From NCBI GenBank assembly GCA_028706065.1, contig JAQWCA010000001.1, positions 1 through 35,024 of the forward strand: a stretch of 35,024 nucleotides of DNA. The letters are read 5' to 3'. Under the pieces are notes generated by a model. That model was not told the DNA's origin, did not search any database, and saw only the letters and a list, made by a program, of their open reading frames with translations. The DNA is from Tepidanaerobacteraceae bacterium. GTDB taxonomy: Bacteria > Bacillota > Thermosediminibacteria > Thermosediminibacterales > Tepidanaerobacteraceae. A program made the translations under genes and the position numbers. This document shows positions 8,691 to 19,200 of the stretch, piece by piece (within the stretch, counting starts at the first letter, position 1; each line of letters opens with the position of its first letter).

Positions 8691-9686
8691 ATGAAGATTT
8701 TAGTCGATACTATGGGAGGAGATAAAGCTCCTGAAGAGATTATTATGGGTGCCCTTGAGGCTTCAAAGGATTTAGATGTGGAAATTATATTAGTAGGGAA
8801 CGAGGAAAAAATAAAACCTTACTTGCAAGTATCAGAAAAAATCGAAATTGTAAATGCTAAAGAGGTTATCACTAACGATGATCAACCTGTTAAGGCCATT
8901 AGACAGAAAAAGGAGTCATCTATAGTTAAGGGGTTAAGATTATTAAAAGAAGGAAAAGCCCAAGCAATGGTGTCCGCTGGGAGCACAGGGGCTTTAATGG
9001 CAGGAGGGCTATTTACCTTAGGACGATTAAAAGGCATTGATAGACCTGCAATTGCCACATTGTTTCCTACCGATAAAGATCCCCTTCTACTTTTAGATAT
9101 TGGAGCAAATAGTGAGGTAAAACCACAAAACCTTGTACAATTTGCCTTAATGGGTGATATTTATGCCAAGGAACTTATGAGTAAAAAAAACCCCAGAGTT
9201 GGACTTATGAATATAGGTATTGAAGAAGAAAAGGGAAATTCTACAATAAAAACCGCATATGCCAATTTGAAACAAATAAAAGGCATAAATTTTATTGGAA
9301 ATATAGAGGCACGAAATATTTTTGATGGAAATGCTGATGTTGTTGTTTGTGATGGTTTTACAGGAAATATATTCCTAAAGACGGTGGAAGGATTTGGTCT
9401 ATACCTCTTCAATCGTTTAAAAAGGGAAATAAGTAGTAATGTTGCATATTCATTGGGAGCAAAGATAGTAAAACCAGCGATAAATAATGTTCGAGCCAGT
9501 ATAGATTATTCTGAATACGGTGGAGCTATGTTTTTTGGCATAGATGGTGTATTAATTAAGTGTCACGGGTCTTCCGACAGAAAAGCTATTGCTAATGGCA
9601 TAAAAGCAGCTATAAGGTTTACACGTGCAAACATAAGCGAGAAACTAAAGAAATGCCTTGAAATGAACTCAGAAAAGGAGAAATAG
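8691..9686 (+). CDS. plsX: Phosphate acyltransferase PlsX
   Basis: MKILVDTMGGDKAP N-terminus, SAGSTGA, CDGFTGN. Sits in the canonical position after fapR. Confidence 0.95.
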   Translation: MKILVDTMGGDKAPEEIIMGALEASKDLDVEIILVGNEEKIKPYLQVSEKIEIVNAKEVITNDDQPVKAIRQKKESSIVKGLRLLKEGKAQAMVSAGSTGALMAGGLFTLGRLKGIDRPAIATLFPTDKDPLLLLDIGANSEVKPQNLVQFALMGDIYAKELMSKKNPRVGLMNIGIEEEKGNSTIKTAYANLKQIKGINFIGNIEARNIFDGNADVVVCDGFTGNIFLKTVEGFGLYLFNRLKREISSNVAYSLGAKIVKPAINNVRASIDYSEYGGAMFFGIDGVLIKCHGSSDRKAIANGIKAAIRFTRANISEKLKKCLEMNSEKEK

Positions 9687-9690
9687 CTTA

Positions 9691-10671
9691 ATGAGAGCAG
9701 GAATAATAGGAATAGGTTCTTATATGCCAGATAGAATTATATCAAATTGGGATCTTGAAAAAATAGTTGATACATCTAATGAATGGATTAGCGAAAGGAC
9801 AGGAATTTCATATAGAAGAAAAGCTGAGAGCGACACTTGTTCTTCTGATCTAGGAGCACAAGCGGCAATGCTTGCTATAAAAGATGCTAATCTGTGCCCT
9901 GAAGATATAGATTTAATTCTTTTGGCTTCTTCCAGTCCGGACCATATTTTTCCGGCTACCGCCTGTATTATACAAAGTAAGATTGGCGCAAAAAATGCTG
10001 CAGCTTTTGATATTCAAGCAGCTTGTACGGGGTTCATTTATGCATTGACTACTGCGGATCAATACATTGTTGGAGGTTTATATAAGAACATTCTTGTAGT
10101 AGGAAGTGAAGTTTTGTCAAAGGTAACTGATTGGGAAGATCGAAACACATGTGTGCTTTTTGGAGACGGTGCTGGAGCAGTAGTTTTAAGTAATGTTAAA
10201 GATGGAGGCGTAATATCCAGTGTCTTGGGTTCTGATGGTAGTGGGTCGGGGTTGCTCGAATTACCGGCAGGGGGTTCAAAAGAGCCTGCTAATTTTAATA
10301 CGGTTAAAAACCGTAGGCACTACATTAAAATGAGCGGCAATGAAGTATTCAAATTTGCTGTCAAGGTCTTTGAGGATTGCACTAAAAAAGTCGTAAAAAG
10401 AGCTGATTTATCGTTAGAGGATGTAGACTTTATTATCCCACATCAAGCTAATATACGAATTATTGATGCAGCTATTAAACGATTAAAGTATCCTCGAGAG
10501 CGAGTGGTGCTTAATCTTGACAAATATGGTAATATGTCAGCAGCTTCCATTCCTGTAGCACTTAATGAAGCATTTAGAGATGGAAGAATCAACAAAGGTC
10601 ATAAAATCATGTTAGTAGGCTTTGGAGCCGGTTTAACATGGGGTGCAAACCTCATAGAATGGAATCTTTAA
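9691..10671 (+). CDS. fabH: 3-oxoacyl-ACP synthase III
   Basis: Active-site Cys context (AACTGF), HQANIRI and GFGAGLTWG motifs. 326 aa. Confidence 0.95.
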   Translation: MRAGIIGIGSYMPDRIISNWDLEKIVDTSNEWISERTGISYRRKAESDTCSSDLGAQAAMLAIKDANLCPEDIDLILLASSSPDHIFPATACIIQSKIGAKNAAAFDIQAACTGFIYALTTADQYIVGGLYKNILVVGSEVLSKVTDWEDRNTCVLFGDGAGAVVLSNVKDGGVISSVLGSDGSGSGLLELPAGGSKEPANFNTVKNRRHYIKMSGNEVFKFAVKVFEDCTKKVVKRADLSLEDVDFIIPHQANIRIIDAAIKRLKYPRERVVLNLDKYGNMSAASIPVALNEAFRDGRINKGHKIMLVGFGAGLTWGANLIEWNL

Positions 10672-10720
10672 AATAGTTAAATTAAAGGGAAAAAGCAATG
10701 ATATCTAAGGAGGAAATCAG

Positions 10721-11662
10721 GTGTTTCATACTAGAATATGTGACCTGTTAAAAATTAATTACCCTATAATTCAGGGAGGCATGGCTTGGGTTGCAACAGC
10801 GGAGCTGGCATCCGCAGTATCTAATGCTGGTGGCCTTGGAGTTATAGGAGCAGGTAATGCTCCGGCTTCAGTTGTCAGAAGTGAAATAAGAAAGGCTAAG
10901 AACCTTACGAATAAGCCTTTTGGTGTAAATATATACTTTCTGTCACCCTATGTAGACGAAGTAATTGATACTGTTTTAGAAGAAAAAATATCGGTAGTAA
11001 CAACCGGTGCCGGAAATCCGGGCAAATATATTTCACAATTTAAACAGGCAGGTATAAAGGTAATCCCTGTCGTTTCATCGGTCGCTTTAGCTCAAAGACT
11101 TGAAAAAGTCGGTGTAAATGCTTTAATCGCTGAGGGAATGGAATGTGGCGGTCACGTAGGTGAATTAACTACTATGGCAATGGTGCCACAGATAGTTGAT
11201 GCTGTTCAAATTCCGGTTATTGCCGCTGGTGGGATAGCAGATGCCAGGGGGTTTGTGGCAGCTTTATCCCTTGGAGCTGAAGGTATGCAAATGGGTACTC
11301 GTTTTGTATGTGCTAAAGAATGTACTGTACATGACAATTATAAAGAAGCGATAATTAAAGCAAAGGACAGAAGCACGGTAATAACCGGAAAAACAACCAG
11401 TCACCCCGTAAGAGTATTAAAAAACAGGTTATCTAGTCAGTTTGACCAACTCGAACAAAGTGGAGCTGGAATTGATGAATTGGAAGCAATAGGCACAGGT
11501 AGACTTCGGCTGTCAGTTGTTGATGGAGATGTAGATAATGGGTCAATCATGGCGGGTCAAATTTCAGGCCTCATAAAAGATGTAAAGCCTGCAGCGGAGA
11601 TAATTGAAGATATTATAATCAAAGCTAAAGATTTGTTAAAAAGTTTGACCAACATAGAATAA
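10721..11662 (+). CDS. fabK: Enoyl-ACP reductase II, FMN-dependent (nitronate monooxygenase fold)
   Basis: YPIIQGGMAWV, GAGNP and IAAGGIADARG motifs. Located between fabH and fabD. GTG start lies 7 nt after AAGGAGG. Confidence 0.88.
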   Translation: MFHTRICDLLKINYPIIQGGMAWVATAELASAVSNAGGLGVIGAGNAPASVVRSEIRKAKNLTNKPFGVNIYFLSPYVDEVIDTVLEEKISVVTTGAGNPGKYISQFKQAGIKVIPVVSSVALAQRLEKVGVNALIAEGMECGGHVGELTTMAMVPQIVDAVQIPVIAAGGIADARGFVAALSLGAEGMQMGTRFVCAKECTVHDNYKEAIIKAKDRSTVITGKTTSHPVRVLKNRLSSQFDQLEQSGAGIDELEAIGTGRLRLSVVDGDVDNGSIMAGQISGLIKDVKPAAEIIEDIIIKAKDLLKSLTNIE

Positions 11663-11673
11663 AGGAGGTTAAT

Positions 11674-12618
11674 ATGGGGAAAGTTGCTTTTATATTTTCA
11701 GGCCAGGGCGCACAATATGTTGGCATGGGCAAGGATCTTTTTGATAATTTTCAGACAGCACGAAAAGTGTTTGATGAGGCCGATGAAGCTTTAGAGATTG
11801 AAATAACTAAATTATGCTTTGAAGGGCCTGGCGAGAAATTGCAAGAGACTGTCAATACTCAGCCGGCTATTTTAGCTCATAGCATGGCGTGTTATTCAAT
11901 ATTAAAAGATGAAGGCATTGTGCCGGACATAGTTGCAGGTCTAAGCCTTGGTGAATATTCAGCTCTAGTTGCTGCTGAATCCATAGATTTTTGCCAGGCT
12001 ATACCACTGGTGCAGAAACGAGGTAAATATATGCAGGAAGCAGTACCTCTCGGCAAAGGTACTATGGCTGCTGTTTTGGGCCTTGACAGGGAACAAGTTC
12101 TACAGATTTGTGAGATAGCATCTGAAGAAGGGATAGTTGAAGCTGCCAATTTTAATTGCCCAGGTCAAATTGTTTTGTCAGGAGAGGTTAAAGCTGTCAA
12201 CAAAGCGGTTGAACTGGCAAAGAGTAAAGGTGCAAAAAGGGCAATGGTGCTTGCTGTAAGTGCGCCATTTCATTGCAGTTTGTTAAAACCTGCTGGAAAT
12301 AGTTTGGCTCAAGAGCTGGAAAAGGTAAACATAAAAGATAGCAAAATCCCGGTTGTATCCAATGTAAATGCTGATTTTGCTCATGATAGCTTTATGGTAA
12401 AACAGCTTTTAATTAAGCAGATAAGTTCCCCCGTGCTATGGGAAGATAGTATTCGAAAGATGGTTAAAAATGGTGTATCAACTTTTGTAGAAGTAGGCCC
12501 TGGTAAAATCCTCAGCGGTTTTGTTAAAAAAATCGATCGGAACCTTACAGTTTTAAACGTGGAAGACACTGAATCCCTTTATAAAACAATTAATTATTTT
12601 GTGGGGGTTAGCAAATGA
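11674..12618 (+). CDS. fabD: Malonyl-CoA:ACP transacylase
   Basis: FIFSGQGAQYVGMG, GLSLGEYSAL (active-site Ser), VSAPFHCSLL. Confidence 0.95.
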   Translation: MGKVAFIFSGQGAQYVGMGKDLFDNFQTARKVFDEADEALEIEITKLCFEGPGEKLQETVNTQPAILAHSMACYSILKDEGIVPDIVAGLSLGEYSALVAAESIDFCQAIPLVQKRGKYMQEAVPLGKGTMAAVLGLDREQVLQICEIASEEGIVEAANFNCPGQIVLSGEVKAVNKAVELAKSKGAKRAMVLAVSAPFHCSLLKPAGNSLAQELEKVNIKDSKIPVVSNVNADFAHDSFMVKQLLIKQISSPVLWEDSIRKMVKNGVSTFVEVGPGKILSGFVKKIDRNLTVLNVEDTESLYKTINYFVGVSK

Positions 12619-13355
12619 ATCTTTCAAATAAAACATGCCTAGTCACAGGAGGTTCAAGGGGTATCGGGCGGAGTATATGTTTAGAGCTTGCCAAGTCAGG
12701 GGCAAATGTTATAGTAAATTATTTTTCCAATGAACGGGCTGCAGCGGAGGTAGTTGCTGAAATAGAACGTCTTGGCAAAAAAGCCATTAAGTATAAAGCT
12801 GATGTGTCCTGTCTTGAACAGGTATCCACAATGGTAGATGATGCTTACTCTGAATTTGGTAAGATTGATGTACTTGTTAATAATGCAGGTATTAATAAAG
12901 ATGGATTGCTCTTAAGAATGACAGAAAATCACTGGGATAAAGTGATCGATACAAATTTAAAAGGTATTTTTAACAGTAGCAAGGCCTGTGTGAAGTATAT
13001 GGTGAAACAGAAAAAAGGAAAGATAGTCAACATTTCTTCTATAGTGGGTATTTACGGTAATGCCGGTCAGGCTAATTATGCTGCGGCCAAAGCAGGGATA
13101 ATAGGTTTTACGAAATCCCTTGCAAAAGAATTAGGAAGTAGAGGTATTACGGTAAATGCTGTTGCACCAGGTTTTATAGAAACCGATATGACTTTATCTT
13201 TACTTAAAAAGAACACTGGTATTGAACATAAAATACCTTTAAAAAGAGTGGGGGTTCCTGAGGATGTAGCAAATGCGGTAGTTTTTCTCTCATCAGAAAA
13301 GGCTGATTATATTACAGGCCAAATACTGGCTATTGACGGTGGTCTAACTTTATAA
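12615..13355 (+). CDS. fabG: 3-oxoacyl-ACP reductase
   Basis: SDR motifs TGGSRGIG, NNAG and YAAAKAG. The start overlaps the fabD stop (ATGA). Confidence 0.95.
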   Translation: MNLSNKTCLVTGGSRGIGRSICLELAKSGANVIVNYFSNERAAAEVVAEIERLGKKAIKYKADVSCLEQVSTMVDDAYSEFGKIDVLVNNAGINKDGLLLRMTENHWDKVIDTNLKGIFNSSKACVKYMVKQKKGKIVNISSIVGIYGNAGQANYAAAKAGIIGFTKSLAKELGSRGITVNAVAPGFIETDMTLSLLKKNTGIEHKIPLKRVGVPEDVANAVVFLSSEKADYITGQILAIDGGLTL

Positions 13356-13420
13356 TATCTTAGATAGGAATAAAATAAATAAAACTAATCATAATATGCA
13401 CTGAGAAGGGAGGTGAAACA

Positions 13421-13654
13421 ATGGAAGTATTGGACAATATAAAACAGATTATTGCGGACCAGCTGGGTATTGATGAAGATGAAGTTATCCCGGAGGCTTC
13501 GTTTATTGATGATTTGGGAGCCGATTCATTGGATATCGTTGAAATGATTATGGCTTTTGAAGAAGAATTCGATATGGAGATACCCGATGAAGATGCGGAA
13601 AAAATTAAGACGGTTCAAAACGTCATAGATTACATAAAGAATCATTCCGCATAA
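13421..13654 (+). CDS. acpP: Acyl carrier protein
   Basis: 77 aa, with the [10 protein letters not shown] phosphopantetheine attachment motif. Strong SD GGGAGGTG. Confidence 0.95.
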   Translation: MEVLDNIKQIIADQLGIDEDEVIPEASFIDDLGADSLDIVEMIMAFEEEFDMEIPDEDAEKIKTVQNVIDYIKNHSA

Positions 13655-13663
13655 TCTTAAAAC

Positions 13664-13695
13664 GTCCCGTAGCTTCATCTACGGGACTTTGTTTT
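13664..13695 (+). terminator. Rho-independent terminator or attenuator after acpP
   Basis: 9-bp stem GTCCCGTAG (13664-13672) / CTACGGGAC (13679-13687), 6-nt loop, then TTTGTTTT. Confidence 0.75.
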
Positions 13696-13798
13696 AAAGA
13701 GAATATACTCGGGAATAGATCCCTTTAGATAAAAACGGTAAAAAATAATTTCAGTTATTTGTTAAGGATATTTGATAACTAGTTGTGGAGGGAAAACA

Positions 13799-15040
13799 AT
13801 GGATAAAAAACGTGTGGTTGTAACAGGTATGGGTGTTATATCACCAGTAGGGATTGGTTTAAATCCATTCTGGCAATCTCTTATAAGTGGCAAATCCGGT
13901 ATTGATACAATAACCAGATTTAATACTGATAATTTTTCTACAAGAATTGCTGGGGAAGTTAAGGATTTTAAACCGGAAAGCTATATAGAAAAAAAAGAGC
14001 TTAAAAGATTGGACAGGTTTGCACAGTTTGCTATTTCCGCAACTAAGATGGCACTGGAGGATTCCGGGTTAGATACTTCTAATATAGATAAGAGTAGAGC
14101 AGGTGTAATCATCGGTTCTGGGATAGGAGGCTCAGAGACTTGGGAACAACAGCACGAGATTCTTTTAACAAAAGGTCCAAAACGAGTTAGTCCATTTTTT
14201 ATCCCAATGATGATCGCTAATATGGCATCAGGTCAAGTTTCTATGGCATTTGAATTAAAGGGACCGAATTTTACTATAGTGACAGCTTGCGCTTCTGGTA
14301 CTAATGCGGTTGGGGAGGCTTTCAAGGTCATTCAAAGAGATGATGCAGACATTATCGTAGCAGGTGGCACTGAGGCACCAATAACACAGCTTTCTCTAGC
14401 GGGCTTTTCGTCTATGAAGGCATTATCAACAAGAAATGATGAACCACATCGAGCTAGCCGACCTTTTGATAAAGACAGGGATGGTTTTGTGATGGGAGAG
14501 GGTGCAGGTATAATAATAATGGAAACTCTAGACCATGCACTAAAAAGAAATGCTAGAATTTATACCGAAATTATAGGTTACGGTTCGACTTCTGATGCGT
14601 TTCACTTAACACAACCTGCCCCGGAAGGAGAAGGAGCGGCTAGAGCAATTAAAACTGCGATTATTGATGCAGGAATACACCCTTATGAAGTTGATTATAT
14701 AAATGCACATGGCACCTCTACAATGCTCAATGACAAATTTGAAACAATGGCAATAAAGCATGCTTTTAATGAACATGCATACAAACTTGCTATTAGTTCT
14801 ACGAAATCCATGACAGGTCATTTGCTGGGTGCAACAGGGGCAGTAGAGGTTATAGCTTCTATTCTTACAACTTTTAAAGATGAGATTCCTCCTACAATTA
14901 ACTATGATAATATTGATCCCGAATGTGATCTTAATTACGTACCAAATACAGCGGTGAAAAGATGTGTTGATGTAGCATTGTCAAACTCTATGGGTTTTGG
15001 CGGCCACAATGCATGTGTAATAGTAAAAAAATATAAATGA
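13799..15040 (+). CDS. fabF: 3-oxoacyl-ACP synthase II
   Basis: [10 protein letters not shown]-terminus, active-site ACASG, HGTST and GFGGHNA. ATG at 13799 lies 6 nt after GGAGGG; the track start at 13772 is probably an extension. Confidence 0.95.
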   Translation: MDKKRVVVTGMGVISPVGIGLNPFWQSLISGKSGIDTITRFNTDNFSTRIAGEVKDFKPESYIEKKELKRLDRFAQFAISATKMALEDSGLDTSNIDKSRAGVIIGSGIGGSETWEQQHEILLTKGPKRVSPFFIPMMIANMASGQVSMAFELKGPNFTIVTACASGTNAVGEAFKVIQRDDADIIVAGGTEAPITQLSLAGFSSMKALSTRNDEPHRASRPFDKDRDGFVMGEGAGIIIMETLDHALKRNARIYTEIIGYGSTSDAFHLTQPAPEGEGAARAIKTAIIDAGIHPYEVDYINAHGTSTMLNDKFETMAIKHAFNEHAYKLAISSTKSMTGHLLGATGAVEVIASILTTFKDEIPPTINYDNIDPECDLNYVPNTAVKRCVDVALSNSMGFGGHNACVIVKKYK

Positions 15041-15049
15041 GGTTGAGAA

Positions 15050-15769
15050 GTGTTTAATGATAGAAGACGTCAACAATTTTTATTGTTTCAAAGGGAAATA
15101 GGAATATACTTTAATGATGAAATGATTTTAAACAAAGCATTCATACATCCATCTTTTACTAACGAAAAAGAAAAGCCGCAAAAGGAGAATAACCAGAGGC
15201 TGGAATTTCTAGGTGATGCTGTTTTGGAATTGGTAGTGAGTGAATATTTGTATAAAAACTATCAATATTTATCTGAAGGGCAGATGACAAAAGTAAGAGC
15301 ATTTACCGTATGTGAACCAAGTTTAGCTGAAACAGCGAAGATACTTTCTTTAGGTGATTATCTTATTCTAGGTAAAGGAGAGGAAAATACAGGAGGCCGC
15401 AAAAAAGCATCAATCCTTGCAGATACCTTGGAGGCTCTGATTGGGGCCATCTATATTGATAAAAAGTATAAAACAACTAGGGACTTTATTATCAGAATTC
15501 TAAAAACAGTAATCATAAAAGCTGTTGAAGGTGAGTGGTCAATAGATTACAAGACAAACCTCCAGGAGATTCTTCAAAAATCTGATAGGGAAAGAGTATT
15601 ATATAATGTAACAAGAGAATCAGGCCCTGATCATGATAAAAAATTTTATGTGGATGTTGTATGGAAAAACACAATCTTAGGCAAAGGTATTGGAACCAGT
15701 AAAAAGCTTGCAGAGCAACAGGCAGCAAAAGCTGCTTTGATAAGAATACGGAGTCAGCGAAAAATATAA
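15050..15769 (+). CDS. rnc: Ribonuclease III
   Basis: RNase III signature NQRLEFLGDAVLE and a C-terminal dsRBD (KLAEQQAAKAAL). GTG start after GAGG. Confidence 0.93.
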   Translation: MFNDRRRQQFLLFQREIGIYFNDEMILNKAFIHPSFTNEKEKPQKENNQRLEFLGDAVLELVVSEYLYKNYQYLSEGQMTKVRAFTVCEPSLAETAKILSLGDYLILGKGEENTGGRKKASILADTLEALIGAIYIDKKYKTTRDFIIRILKTVIIKAVEGEWSIDYKTNLQEILQKSDRERVLYNVTRESGPDHDKKFYVDVVWKNTILGKGIGTSKKLAEQQAAKAALIRIRSQRKI

Positions 15770-15780
15770 TATTTCAAAAA

Positions 15781-15807
15781 GAAGGAATTTTGTAACCCCT
15801 ATAGAAT
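15781..15807 (+). promoter_or_regulatory. Candidate sigma-H-type promoter upstream of spoVS
   Basis: GAAGGAATT (15781-15789), then 11 nt, then ATAGAAT (15801-15807). This fits the remembered RNAGGAWWW-N11-12-RNNGAAT consensus. B. subtilis spoVS is sigma-H dependent. Confidence 0.35.
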
Positions 15808-15862
15808 ATATACTGCATGATAGATAAACAAATAAATGCATGATTAAGGGGGATATATCAAA

Positions 15863-16123
15863 ATGGAAGTACTAAAAGTGTCAGCTCAATCAAAGCCTAA
15901 ATCTGTGGCAGGAGCTTTAGCAGCAGTGTTAAGAGAAAAAGGTGTAGCAGAACTTCAAGCCGTAGGAGCCGGAGCTGTAAATCAAGCAGTTAAGGCTATA
16001 GCAATTTCCAGAGGTTTTGTTGCACCCAATGGAATTGATCTTGTGACTATTCCGGCTTTTGCAGAGATCGACATTGACGGAGAGGAAAGAACTGCTATAA
16101 AGTTTATTGTAGAACCCCGATAG
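15863..16123 (+). CDS. spoVS: Stage V sporulation protein S
   Basis: 86 aa, nearly collinear with SpoVS (MEVLKVSAQSKPKSVAGALA...AVGAGAVNQAVKAIAISRGF...IDGEERTAIKFIVEPR). Confidence 0.95.
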   Translation: MEVLKVSAQSKPKSVAGALAAVLREKGVAELQAVGAGAVNQAVKAIAISRGFVAPNGIDLVTIPAFAEIDIDGEERTAIKFIVEPR

Positions 16124-16138
16124 AGTAATTATTGAATT

Positions 16139-16169
16139 ATACCTGTCTTTTTTTAGACAGGTATTTTTA
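16139..16169 (+). terminator. Rho-independent terminator after spoVS
   Basis: Perfect 10-bp stem ATACCTGTCT / AGACAGGTAT, a T6 loop, then TTTT. Confidence 0.8.
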
Positions 16170-16238
16170 TATTTAAATTTAAGATTGAAACATTCTTTTT
16201 TTTTAAAGGTTGTGGTAGAATTAACAAAGTAAGGGGGT

Positions 16239-19200
16239 ATGTCTTTGTATCTTAAAAGAATTGAACTTCATGGATTTAAATCTTTTGCCGATAGAGTTGA
16301 GTTAGAGTTTCAGTTAGGTATCAATGCAATAGTCGGTCCAAATGGCAGTGGGAAAAGCAATATAATCGATGCCATACGATGGGTGCTAGGAGAGCAAAGT
16401 GTAAGGACTTTAAGAGGAGCTAAACTTGAGGATGTAATTTTTACAGGCAGTGATAAGAAGAGACCAATGGGTATGGCTGAAGTTGCAATAATACTCGACA
16501 ATTCCGATCATCTTATTCCCATAGATTATTCTGAGCTATGTTTTATCCGTCGCACTTTTCGTTCGGGAGAGAGTGAGTTTTATTTAAATCGCACACCTTG
16601 TAGGCTAAAGGATATTCAAGAAATACTCGTAGATTCTGGGGTAGGGAAAGACGGTTACTCGATTATAGGACAAGGGCGTATAGATGAAATACTAACTTGT
16701 CGACCCGAGGAAAGGCGAGTTATCTTTGAAGAGGCTGCGGGAATAACGAAGTATAGGGGAAGAAAAAGAGAAGCTGAAAAAAGAATGGAAGAGACCATGG
16801 CTAATATTTCCAGAATCGATGATGTGATTTTTGAAATATCAAATCAACTGGAACCGTTAGCTCTTCAAAAAGCTGTTGCATTGAAATATAAAGAGCTTAC
16901 ATTTGAATTTAAAGAGATAGACATAAATTTGCTTTTGATAGAGCTGGAGAGTAAGGAGAAAAAGCTTTACCACATAAAAAATAATCTTGATGAGAATGAA
17001 AAAATATTGACAAGATTAGACAGTTCGAAGGAATTGGCAAAAAAACAAATAACAGAGTATGAGAAAAAGATAAAAACCAATGAAGAGGTCTATGAAAAAA
17101 CCCAGAGGGATTTTTTTACGATAAACAGCCGGAAAAAAGAAATTGAAAAGGTTCTACAACTAGCAATAAGTGAGAAAGACAGAATACAAAATGAAAATGA
17201 GGGTATAGTTGAGACTATCGAACACAAAGAACAAAAAGTTCATATGGCCAGAAAAACTTTAGAGTTAAAAGCCAATGATTTAGGGCAAAAGATAAAGATA
17301 ATCAATCAAATGGAATTGGATGTAATTGAAAATGAAAAAAAACTTATATTATTAAACAACGAAATAGATAAAAAAGAAAAACTTATTGAAAACCTTAAAA
17401 GTGATGTCATCGATTTGTTGAATTATGCATCAGAAAAAAAGAATGTTATTTCCGGATTAAAGGCCATGAAACTTAATTTAGAAAAAAGACTAAAGCAGGT
17501 AAAGAATGAAGAATTGCAATTAGATGATGCCAATGCTATGACTACTGAGGAAATTTTGGATATAAAAGAAGAGTTGCTCAGGCTAGATTCTTTGTGTAAT
17601 GAACAAGAAAAAGAAATGGATAAGCTAAAGGCATCTCTTCGGCAAAAAGTTGCTGAACTCGAAAATGGTGAGGAAATCGAAGTGAAAAAACAACAGGAGT
17701 TAACTACAGCTACCTCACGTAAGAGAGCTCTAAAAGAAATCACTGATAGTTATGAAGGATACCAATTTGGTGTAAAGAACCTTCTGATTAATCTTAGGAA
17801 TAAAAGATATATGGACCATGATATATACGGTACGGTTGCTGATATAATTGCTGTACAACGGCAATATGAAGTAGCCATTGAAACAGCTCTGGGGGGGACT
17901 GCGCAGAATATTATCTGCCAGAGTGAGGAAAATGCAAAAAAGGCTATAGAATACTTAAAAAAACATGATTACGGCCGAGTTACTTTTTTGCCTCTCTCAA
18001 CTGTGAAGCCGAGACATATAGAAAAGCACGAATTAACTGTATTATCGTTGAAAGGCTGTATATCAGTAGCGATTGATTTAATCACTTATGACAAGAAATA
18101 TTTTCCGGTTTTAGCATATCTACTTGGAAGGGTTCTTGTAGCAGATACTATAGACAATGCTATAATTATGGCAAAGCAAAGTAGATTTTCTTTTAAAATC
18201 GTTACAATTCAAGGTGAGATTCTCAGCCCCGGGGGTTCAATTACCGGTGGAAGTCAAAAACGGTCAAACTCTTTATTGTCCAGAAAAAGACAACTTAAGG
18301 AGTATGAAATAAGGATCGAAAAGCTGAAGACACAATTAAGTGAGAAGAAGCAGTTAAATAATACACTAAAAAAGGAAATTCAAGATACTCAAAAAATGAT
18401 TGAGGAGAATACCGGAAGTGTTTACACTACAAAATCCGAAATAGCAGTTTTAAAAAAACAGTTACAAGAAAAACAAAATATTCTAGAAGAAAGAAATAAC
18501 AGAAAGAAGCAATTGGAAGCGGAAAAAATACACTTAGAATCAGATATTGATGAAGTATCATCTCAGGCTTCTTCAGCCGAAGCAGATATAGGAAATATCG
18601 ACAGTCAGAATATACACAGTCAAAGACGGGCAAAAGATTTACAGGAACAGACAGACAAAAATAGAGAAACAAGAGAAAAGTTAGCCAAAGATATTACTGA
18701 TTTAAAAGTAAGGTTAGCAACCTATAAACAGGAGGAAATAGGTTTTAAGCAGAGCGTAAAAACCATAGAAGAAAATTTGGAAATTGAGGCTAAAGATATA
18801 AAGGTCCTTAAGGAAAAAACAAAAGAAAATAATGATAAGATAGTTTCTCTTGAAGAAAAGACTTTCAGTTATAGAGAAAATATAACAATGCTAACCAAGT
18901 CAGTACAAGATTGTAATGAACTTATTGAGTCCTTAAAACAACAAAGAGAAAGTATAAAATCCGACATGTACAGAGCTCAAGAGCAACTAAACAAGCTAGA
19001 AAAAGAGCACAATCAAATTGAAAAAAAACTTCACGATGGCAGTATTCAAGATGCAACTATAAATATAGAGTTAAATCAAATTAAAAACCAATTATATGAA
19101 AGATATTCCATCACTGTCCCTGAAGCATTAAAAATAAAAAAAGAATTGGGCAGTGTTGATAAAATGAAAAATAAATTAGCTATTCTAAAAAAAGAAATAG

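Noticed and set aside
17423-17743. 106-aa Ser/Phe-rich - strand ORF (and another at 18427-18672) inside smc
   Set aside because: It is the antisense of the Lys/Glu-rich coiled-coil coding region, where the complement of AAR/GAR codons gives Phe, Ser and Leu runs. This is an artefact of composition.
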